Below are positions 56,554 to 64,000 of a stretch of 64,000 nucleotides of DNA, piece by piece. Made by a program: the position numbers and the translations under genes. The stretch is from Chitinophagaceae bacterium (GTDB lineage Bacteria; Bacteroidota; Bacteroidia; Chitinophagales; Chitinophagaceae), in assembly GCA_016786845.1 (NCBI GenBank), contig JAEUVB010000019.1, forward strand, positions 23,661 to 87,660. The letters run 5' to 3'. Every line of letters starts with the position of its first letter. Positions within the stretch are counted from its first letter, which is position 1. The notes under the pieces are model-generated. The model was not told the DNA's origin and did no database searches. It worked only from the letters and a program-made list of their open reading frames with translations.

Positions 56554-57462
56554 TCAGATGAGCATCATAGACAAGATGCCCAGCAAGGTAATGATTTTGA
56601 TATAGGTACTGATGCGGTGAAACTGGCTGGCATGGATTGCTTTCACGAGTAAATAAAATACATAGATGAGGGGGAGGCATACTCCAATACCGAGGAAGAT
56701 GACCAGGGCCGTATTGATTTCATAATAACGGATGATGGTGATCACGAGCAGCAGCAGTAAAATGCTGATCAGGGCATACACCACCTGTTTAGCTTTGTTG
56801 ATGCCCCACACCAAGGGGATGGTTTGACAGTTTTGCGACAGGTCTCCTTTCACATCTTCGATATCTTTCACGATCTCCCGTATCCAGGTGATGCTGAAGG
56901 CGAAGATGACATAGATCCAAAAACGTTTCATATACATTTGAGTCCAGGACAAGAGATTGAAATGTGGCTCGTAAAAAGCCAGACTCAGGAGGGTGAGCGC
57001 GGTGAGGAGGGCAATGATGATATTGCCGATAATGAGTTTGCGTTTGAAGGTAGAAGAATAGACCAGCAGTAAAAAGATGCTGATGATTTGAAAAATCAAT
57101 ACCCGCAGTTTGACCTCATAGAATGCGATATAACCCGCGATCATCAGCGCGATGACATTCAACAGAATATGCCAGATGATGATGCTGCGACGCTTGAATA
57201 TTTTTTCGATGGTGACCCGCTCGGGTTTATTGATGGTATCGATGCCGATATCGAAATAGTCGTTGATGATGTATCCGGCCGCGGCAATTAATACCGTTGA
57301 AAAAGCCAGCCAGAGCAAGTGGGAAGTAGACAGGGTCGGTAACTGATGCTCTGAAAGAACAGCAGGTTTCAGGATGCAATGCCACGCCAGGATCTGGGTC
57401 AGAAAGATGAATACCAGATTGGGTAATCGAATGATGGTAATGAGTGCATTGAGTTTCCTCAT
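56554..57462 (-). CDS. UbiA-family prenyltransferase
   Basis: Eight to nine TM helices, with the NDYFDIGID Asp-rich motif and a second motif REIVKDIEDVKGD. Confidence 0.85.
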   Translation of the reverse strand: MRKLNALITIIRLPNLVFIFLTQILAWHCILKPAVLSEHQLPTLSTSHLLWLAFSTVLIAAAGYIINDYFDIGIDTINKPERVTIEKIFKRRSIIIWHILLNVIALMIAGYIAFYEVKLRVLIFQIISIFLLLVYSSTFKRKLIIGNIIIALLTALTLLSLAFYEPHFNLLSWTQMYMKRFWIYVIFAFSITWIREIVKDIEDVKGDLSQNCQTIPLVWGINKAKQVVYALISILLLLLVITIIRYYEINTALVIFLGIGVCLPLIYVFYLLVKAIHASQFHRISTYIKIITLLGILSMMLI

Positions 57463-57719
57463 GAAGGGGTAAAAGTAATGCAAATGCATTCATGGAGTAT
57501 CAATCGTGAAGACCTTTTATACGGGAATGGCGGTATGAAAAATGGAATGCTGAAACAAAATCTACATCGTAGCCAAGTTTAGGCTTGTGAAAATGGTATG
57601 GTACTGATAAGGTATTTCTGTTTTTTACCGGCGGCTCAATTAGAGCTTTTCTTAGTTGATGTGCTCACCCAAGATTCATAGGATTAACTAAATAATAGGG
57701 GATTCGCAATTCAATACAA

Positions 57720-58367
57720 TCAAATTCGGAGATACATGCCCGTGAGCCAGGTTACTTCGGCATTGGGTCGGGCCTGAATATAATTTCCGGTATAATATTT
57801 ATCGAAAGGTTTGGTCTTGAATTTAATCGCAGAGCTGAGACCCAGTTTTTTGTATATTGGAATGAAGGTAGAAAATTGCAGACCTGTTTTATAGGAGATG
57901 ACCGATTCGGGTCTGTCATCGATGCCTGAAGGATTGCCGCGATTGATATGCATTTGAGGTGCAATCACCAATCCCATATAAGAGGTCAGTTTCGAGAGAT
58001 AGGGGAAATAAACGATCAGGGGGCGGCTCACATCATACAGCACAATGATATTCGATTCCACCACGGTCACTTTTTGATCGTAGGTGATACCGGCTGTAAT
58101 TCGGTCGGTGCGGTAGTTGTAGGAAGTCAGTGCAATTTCAGTATGCCATTTGTTTTTTATGGGAGTCCGAATATAGAGTTCCTTGCCCCATGAGAAATGG
58201 TTTTTCAAAAAAGACTGACGACCTGAGAATTGGTCATTGACTTTATTGGAAGAGAGTATCATTAAGCCACTGCGAAATCCAAGTATGCTCTTTTGAGACA
58301 TGGCCGGGAACGTAGTGCTACACCCTATGAAAATAACGAATGCCTGTAATAAATATCGGTAAGGCAT
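57720..58367 (-). CDS. putative outer-membrane beta-barrel protein
   Basis: Signal peptide (..TFPAMSQ). Alternating beta-strand pattern. Confidence 0.45.
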   Translation of the reverse strand: MPYRYLLQAFVIFIGCSTTFPAMSQKSILGFRSGLMILSSNKVNDQFSGRQSFLKNHFSWGKELYIRTPIKNKWHTEIALTSYNYRTDRITAGITYDQKVTVVESNIIVLYDVSRPLIVYFPYLSKLTSYMGLVIAPQMHINRGNPSGIDDRPESVISYKTGLQFSTFIPIYKKLGLSSAIKFKTKPFDKYYTGNYIQARPNAEVTWLTGMYLRI

Positions 58368-58378
58368 AGGTTGATGAA

Positions 58379-59038
58379 TTAATTGGCTGAGGTGATTCTT
58401 TTCAATTCTGCGATGGTCGCTGTCGGATCTGCAGCCGAGAAAACCGTATTGCCCGCCACCAACACATCGGCTCCGGCATCGGTGATGATTTTGGCGTTGT
58501 CTAAAGTCACGCCGCCATCAATTTCAATGAGGGTCTTCAATTGACGACGATTAATTTCTGCTTTAAGGGTACGAATTTTATCCAGGGTATATTCGATAAA
58601 TTTTTGTCCGCCAAAGCCCGGGTTCACACTCATCATACAAACCACATCCACATCGTGCAGCACATCAAATAATTGACTCACGGGGGTATGCGGGTTGATG
58701 GCGACACCGGCCTTCATGCCGAGGGAATGGATCTGTTGTAAGTTGCGATGGAGATGAGGACAAGCTTCGATATGAACACTCAGAATGTCGGCACCGGCTT
58801 TTTGAAATGCCTCGGCATAGTTTCCGGGTTCTTCGATCATGAGATGCACGTCCAATGTTTTTTTTGCTTCACGTTTGATCGCGCCCACTACCGGCAATCC
58901 GAAACTGATATTCGGTACAAAGCGCCCGTCCATGATGTCGAGATGAAACCAATCGGCTTGGGAATCATTCACCATTTGAACGTCTTTGCTCAGTTGTAAA
59001 AAATCGGCGGAGAGAATGGAAGGGGCAATCAGGGACAT
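58379..59038 (-). CDS. rpe: ribulose-phosphate 3-epimerase
   Basis: IAPSILSADF, HLDIMDG, VHLM and VNPGFGGQ motifs. Confidence 0.95.
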   Translation of the reverse strand: MSLIAPSILSADFLQLSKDVQMVNDSQADWFHLDIMDGRFVPNISFGLPVVGAIKREAKKTLDVHLMIEEPGNYAEAFQKAGADILSVHIEACPHLHRNLQQIHSLGMKAGVAINPHTPVSQLFDVLHDVDVVCMMSVNPGFGGQKFIEYTLDKIRTLKAEINRRQLKTLIEIDGGVTLDNAKIITDAGADVLVAGNTVFSAADPTATIAELKRITSAN

Positions 59039-59045
59039 AAATTAT

Positions 59046-60068
59046 TTATTTTTTTAGAAAAGGTTTGACACGTTTCGAAGCTTCAGTCGCCGCTTGAAAT
59101 TCGGGAATGAAACTTAAAGCCTGCTGATAGTCGTCGTAGGCTTCGGGATATTTTTTTTGTATTTCCTTGCAGAGACCTCTGTTGTAATAGGCTTCGGCAT
59201 AATCGGGTTTCAGTTCGAGTGCAATGCTGAATTGACGTTCGGCCTTATCGACTGAATCTTCTTGCAAGAGCATCCATCCCATATTGTAAAATGCTTTATG
59301 GAATTGACGGTCTATGCTGATGATACGGTTCAACACTTTTTTAGCTTCCGGAAAATTTTCCTGATTCTGCCAAAACATGGCCTGACCATAAATGGGTTCG
59401 AGATCTGTGGTGTCGGCTTTAAACGCATTCTCATAATACTTTAAAGCCAATGGATCTTTTCGTGCCTCATGCAAAAGCGCCAGTTGTAGGTGGGCTTCGG
59501 CAAATTTAGGTTCTGTTTGCACGGCCGTTTGAAAGCTGCTGATAGCCTTATTGGTATCCTTCATGCCTTTATAGCACATGCCTTTCAGGAAATACGCTTC
59601 AGGATTATAGACATTGCTGCGCAATACGGTATTGATCTCTGCGAAGGCTTTCGGATATTCAGCCGTATACAAAAACAGCTTGGCGATTTTCAAATGGGCC
59701 GTCTCATCATCGGGGTTGATGGTGATGGCTTTTTGTATCCAACTGATACTGCCGGAAATGTCTTTATGTTCGAATAAAATATCACCGATGGCACTGAAGT
59801 AAGTCGCTTTCGTAGAGTCGAGTTTGACGGCTTGTTGAAAGTCGATGAGGGCCAAAGAATCTTGTAAAAGTTTGTGTAATAATTTCCCGCGCTTAAAATA
59901 TAAATCAGCGTTTTTAGGGTCGGAGGCAATTTCCGAATTCAATTTTTCGGTTTCCGGAAATCGGGTAGATAAATCATTGCTTTTGGCAGATGGTTTGCCG
60001 CCTGAACAGGACAGCAATAAGCTGAAACCCACAATAAAACCCAGGAAATGAGGCGAATAGCGCAACAT
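59046..60068 (-). CDS. TPR-repeat lipoprotein
   Basis: Lipobox (LLLSC). Multiple 34-aa TPR-like repeats (..AYYNRGLCKEIQKKYPEAYDDYQQAL..). Confidence 0.75.
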   Translation of the reverse strand: MLRYSPHFLGFIVGFSLLLSCSGGKPSAKSNDLSTRFPETEKLNSEIASDPKNADLYFKRGKLLHKLLQDSLALIDFQQAVKLDSTKATYFSAIGDILFEHKDISGSISWIQKAITINPDDETAHLKIAKLFLYTAEYPKAFAEINTVLRSNVYNPEAYFLKGMCYKGMKDTNKAISSFQTAVQTEPKFAEAHLQLALLHEARKDPLALKYYENAFKADTTDLEPIYGQAMFWQNQENFPEAKKVLNRIISIDRQFHKAFYNMGWMLLQEDSVDKAERQFSIALELKPDYAEAYYNRGLCKEIQKKYPEAYDDYQQALSFIPEFQAATEASKRVKPFLKK

Positions 60069-60124
60069 GGGTGCAAACCTACGAAATAAGGATTAAAATG
60101 AGAGATTCTAAATTGCCGCGGAAA

Positions 60125-63100
60125 CTATCTGACTAAGATCACGTCGCCTTTCAGCATAAAGGTCTCATCGTTGAGCGGGCATTTATATCGGGCCAGATAG
60201 AAATACGTATCCACATCGGCATCGCGGCCTTTGTATTTACCGTCCCAGCCTTGCTGGATGTCGGTGGTTTTGAATACCTGATTGCCCCAACGGTCGTAAA
60301 CCATTAAGGAAACCAGTTTAATATTCCCGTATTTGATTACCCTGAAAATATCATTTTTATCATCCCCATTCGGCGAGAAAGCATTTGGCAGATTGAGCAG
60401 GCAGCAAGGATCGTAGGCCACATTAAATTGTACCGAATCAATACATCCCAGTGAGTCTTGCACATAGGCCCATTGAGGACCATACATCAAATTGATCGCA
60501 TCCGGATCATTGGTGGTGGCGCCACTCCATTGGAAAGAGAAAGGACTCACACCACCAATCACTTGAGCACTGGCCTTGCCATCATCACCGGCACCCTGAC
60601 AGGAAGCAGGGGTGCTCACCACCTGTATGTCGATCGGATTGCCTTCCATAATGGTCACTGTGGTATCACCATAGCAGCCGATGGTATCGGTGACCTGAAT
60701 GAAATAAGAACCATTGGTGATGCCATCGGCATAGTTGGTATGTCCGAAAGGAACCGTATTAAATGTATATCGATAAGGCGGGAAACAATCGCGTGCATGC
60801 CATTCCAGATATCCGTTTTTATCACCTGCGCAGAGTACACCTCTCAGACTATCAATTTCTATATAGGGTCTGCGGTCGGAAGGATCTACAGTATACTTGC
60901 CGGTCGATTTGCAGCCGATGGAATCGATGACTTCAATGATATATTCACCCGGACTTAAATTTTGGAATATCGTATCGGCACCTTTGGAAGTACCATCTAC
61001 ATAGAAGGTATAAGGATTAACACCGAAATCCGTGGTGACCGTAATGGCACCATCATTCACACCCAAACAGCTTTGATCTTTAATGCCGAGCAGCACCAAT
61101 TGTACAGAAGTAGCAGGTTCAGTAACCGTACCGGTCGTATCATCGATGCATCCGTTGGCGTCCTTCACCGTGAGGGTATAAGTACCGGAATGTAATCCGC
61201 CGAATACCGGTGAGGTTTGAAAATTGATACCATCGATGGAGTAAGTATAGGGTGGGGTGCCACCGGTGCCGCCCATGGTGAGAATACCGATGCTGTCGCC
61301 TTTACATTTATTCGGTACCATGTTGAGCAGTAAAGCTTCGGCAGGGAACAAGGGTTCTGTGACCGTGAGCACGGTATCTTCCACACAACCAATATTATCG
61401 GTAACTGAAATGGTATAGCTGCCAATACCCAAGCTTCCGAAGGATCCCGAGGTGCCGTTTGAAATCGTATTGATGGCATATTGGTAAGGACTGAATCCGC
61501 CCGAAACCCCTACGCTGATGGCCCCATCATTTCCATATTTACAACTGACATTGGTGACCACCACATTGATGAAGTTCATATAACTGGCAGGTGTCAAGAC
61601 GATGATGGTGTCTTTGGTGCAACCATTGACATCCTGAATATGCACAGTATAGGTACCCTGAAAGAGATTGGTGAAATTATTATTGGTTGTATACAAAGAC
61701 GTATTGATGGCATAGAGATAGGGCGATTGACCACCGGCTGCTGTAATTAATATAGATCCATCCACTGCATTGCTGCAATAAGGTGGTTGAATCAAAATGG
61801 AGCTTATTGTAATCGCCGCTGGTGCCGTAATGTTGACAATGGTATCCTTTACACAACCGATGCTGTCTTTTACATGTAAGGTGTAAGTCCCTGCACCCAG
61901 TCCGCTGAAAGTATTGGCGGTGCCATAAGCGCCGGTATTCACCGCATATTTCAAACTGCCTAATCCACCGTTGGCGTTGATGGTGGCACTGCCATTGGTG
62001 GTATTGTAACATAAAGGACTTTGCAAAATAACATTTTGAATTTGGATGGGTGGTGCGGTTTGAATAGTCAAGGTTGTATCAATAAAACAGCCCAGCTGAT
62101 CTTCGATATGAATGGTATAGGCACCGGCCACTAAACCATTAAAGGTTCCGCTGGTTTGTGGTGTTCCTCCATTGGATGAATAACTCAACGGGGTGTTTGC
62201 GGAACTGCCTATGACACTAATGAATCCATTCCCTGCACCCGGACAGATATAAGGAGAGTAAGACAATGAATTTAAAAAGATCAATTGATTCAGGGAAATA
62301 GAGATGATGGTATCATGCGTACATCCATTGGCGTCTTTCACATGAAGCGTATAGGTGCCAACGGGTAGATTGCTAAATGCCCCACTGGAAGTATAAGCAC
62401 CGGTTCCATTGGCATAGGTATAAGGTGATAGCCCACCTGTGCCGGCTAAGGTAATGGTACCTGTTGAAGAGAAGCAACCCGGAGGAATGACTGTTACATT
62501 GGTAAACCCAACGGGTGTGGGTTGGCCAATGGTAATCACGCTGTCTTTGATACAGCCTTTAGAATCTTTTACTGAGACCGTATGTGTGCCCGGAGCAAGG
62601 TTGGTGAAAGAACTTGCAGCACCAAATGCACCGGCATCCACTTTATATTGAAACCCAGGTGTACCACCGGTGCCACTCATGCTGACTGCACCGGTATTTG
62701 TTCCAAAGCAAAGCGTAGGTGAAATATTGATCGAAGAGAATCCAACCTGAACAGGTTGTCCGATATAGATGACCGAATCGGCGAAGCAACCACTATTGTC
62801 TTTGGCATGAAGGGTGTAAAATCCTGCAGTCAATCCGGTGAAATTATTTGAGTTCAACCAGGGACCTGTATTCAAAGCATACTGATAAGGTGAAATGCCC
62901 CCGGTCACGGTGATGATCACATAGCCATCATTTCCGCCATAGCAGGAAGGCGATACCTTATTCATTCCCACTATTTTAAAATTCCCGTTATTATTAATCG
63001 ATATCACGGTATCCTTGGGACAATTATTCGCATCCTTTACATGCACAGTATAGGTACCAGAGGCCAAACCGGTGAATGAATTGGTTGGTCCGTATGCGCC

Positions 63101-64000
63101 GGTATTTAAAGCAAAAGAATATGCCGGAGTGCCACCGGTGGGTGTAACGGTAATACTTCCCGTAGCAGCTCCACTGCATGAGGCGTTTTGTAAGACCAGA
63201 CCATTGATCAATAGTATGGGCGGTTGGATGAGATAAATTAAACTATCATGAATACAGCCATTGGCATCCTGAAGATGTACAGTATAGTTTCCTGCAGGAA
63301 GATTGTTCCAACTGAATGTTCCACCATACGCACCTGTATTCAATGCATAAGTATAAGGAGGAACACCACCGATGCCCTGCATGCTGATGCTACCGGTGCC
63401 ACCATTACATGGCGGATATACAATGACTGCATTGGTATAGTATAAAGGCGGAGGCGCGGTGATGGTGACTACAGAATCTTTATGGCAACCATTGGCATCA
63501 TAGATACTCACCGTATAGGTGCCCGGGCCTAGACCTGAATAGGACCCGCTTGTGGTTTGAAACGCATTGTTTAAGTAATACGTGGGATTCCCTGCACTTA
63601 CAGATCCTGAAATATTGATGGTACCATTGCCGGGATTAAAACAGGTGGAGTTGGTTTTGGTTACACTGTTGATGGTGAGGATAGCCGATGAAGTAATGAT
63701 CACCACGCTACTCACGGTGCAATTGCTCGCATCCTTTGCCGTAATGGTATATGTGCCTGCAGCCAAACCGGTATAGGCTCCGGATGCTTGATATGCTGCA
63801 CCGTTTAAACTATATTGATACGCAGGATTACCATTGCCGGCTACTGCGGTAATGGTGCCCGGAGGTGCGCCTCCGCAACCGACATTGGTTTTGGCAAATG
63901 AAGTAAAGGAGAGGGTATTGGCAGAATTTAAAGTGGCCACACTGGAATTTGTACATCCATTCGCATCCTTCACGGTGATGGTGTAGGAGCCGCCACTCAA
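60125..64000 (-). CDS. giant SprB-repeat cell-surface adhesin with T9SS type B (gliding-motility) C-terminal domain; 5'-partial at window edge
   Basis: At least 15 repeats of about 75-80 aa of the form C..G..G.I....GG..PY.Y.......Q....F..L.AG.Y...V.D.NGC. C-terminus LPNAFSPNGDDKNDIF...WDGKYKG... The ORF is still open at 64000. Confidence 0.88.
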   Translation of the reverse strand: MSGGSYTITVKDANGCTNSSVATLNSANTLSFTSFAKTNVGCGGAPPGTITAVAGNGNPAYQYSLNGAAYQASGAYTGLAAGTYTITAKDASNCTVSSVVIITSSAILTINSVTKTNSTCFNPGNGTINISGSVSAGNPTYYLNNAFQTTSGSYSGLGPGTYTVSIYDANGCHKDSVVTITAPPPLYYTNAVIVYPPCNGGTGSISMQGIGGVPPYTYALNTGAYGGTFSWNNLPAGNYTVHLQDANGCIHDSLIYLIQPPILLINGLVLQNASCSGAATGSITVTPTGGTPAYSFALNTGAYGPTNSFTGLASGTYTVHVKDANNCPKDTVISINNNGNFKIVGMNKVSPSCYGGNDGYVIITVTGGISPYQYALNTGPWLNSNNFTGLTAGFYTLHAKDNSGCFADSVIYIGQPVQVGFSSINISPTLCFGTNTGAVSMSGTGGTPGFQYKVDAGAFGAASSFTNLAPGTHTVSVKDSKGCIKDSVITIGQPTPVGFTNVTVIPPGCFSSTGTITLAGTGGLSPYTYANGTGAYTSSGAFSNLPVGTYTLHVKDANGCTHDTIISISLNQLIFLNSLSYSPYICPGAGNGFISVIGSSANTPLSYSSNGGTPQTSGTFNGLVAGAYTIHIEDQLGCFIDTTLTIQTAPPIQIQNVILQSPLCYNTTNGSATINANGGLGSLKYAVNTGAYGTANTFSGLGAGTYTLHVKDSIGCVKDTIVNITAPAAITISSILIQPPYCSNAVDGSILITAAGGQSPYLYAINTSLYTTNNNFTNLFQGTYTVHIQDVNGCTKDTIIVLTPASYMNFINVVVTNVSCKYGNDGAISVGVSGGFSPYQYAINTISNGTSGSFGSLGIGSYTISVTDNIGCVEDTVLTVTEPLFPAEALLLNMVPNKCKGDSIGILTMGGTGGTPPYTYSIDGINFQTSPVFGGLHSGTYTLTVKDANGCIDDTTGTVTEPATSVQLVLLGIKDQSCLGVNDGAITVTTDFGVNPYTFYVDGTSKGADTIFQNLSPGEYIIEVIDSIGCKSTGKYTVDPSDRRPYIEIDSLRGVLCAGDKNGYLEWHARDCFPPYRYTFNTVPFGHTNYADGITNGSYFIQVTDTIGCYGDTTVTIMEGNPIDIQVVSTPASCQGAGDDGKASAQVIGGVSPFSFQWSGATTNDPDAINLMYGPQWAYVQDSLGCIDSVQFNVAYDPCCLLNLPNAFSPNGDDKNDIFRVIKYGNIKLVSLMVYDRWGNQVFKTTDIQQGWDGKYKGRDADVDTYFYLARYKCPLNDETFMLKGDVILVR

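Overview
All calls below were made by eye from motifs in the supplied translations and from the DNA. No HMM, BLAST or folding tools were run.

The window looks like a Bacteroidota chromosome. It has T9SS C-terminal sorting domains, a giant SprB-repeat adhesin and TAnnTTTG-type promoter boxes.

Two stretches, about 0-32.9 kb and 52.3-64 kb, carry ordinary core genes. These include ychF, an aminotransferase, a rhomboid protease, grpE-dnaJ, dtd, arfB, rpmI-rplT, ispE and hpf. They also include an FAD-oxidoreductase/C45/acpS/CoA-ligase cluster, coaX, an lptC-like gene, a collagen-like protein and a BNR sialidase-like protein. The remaining core genes are serC with a fused serB-serA, a radical SAM gene, an arginase-family gene, maf, a UbiA prenyltransferase and rpe.

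Between them lies an accessory segment of about 19 kb (32.9-52.3 kb). It holds a higBA toxin-antitoxin pair embedded in nested repeat DNA, a Crp/Fnr regulator and a 13 x 21-bp tandem array. It then continues into a visibly AT-rich defence island of about 14 kb (37.9-51.9 kb).

The core of the island is one tightly packed seven-ORF operon: hsdM-hsdS-[DUF262-like]-[SMC/ABC-type ATPase]-[unknown domain fused to a complete YoeB-like RNase domain]-hsdR. The hsdR gene is broken by a single in-frame TGA. The three inserted genes sit at the same hsdS/hsdR junction that PrrC occupies in the E. coli prr locus. They are my best candidate for an undescribed defence or abortive-infection module.

Downstream of the operon are:
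- an orphan 287-aa protein plus a tail-anchored LRAT/NlpC-P60-like enzyme;
- a PD-(D/E)xK-DUF4268 protein;
- a membrane-protein/GIY-YIG (T5orf172-like) pair bracketed by ~115-bp direct repeats;
- a 93-bp tandem array.

Intergenic DNA across the window carries recurring short word repeats and GC-rich hairpins. I recognised no rRNA, tRNA, CRISPR array, integrase or transposase.
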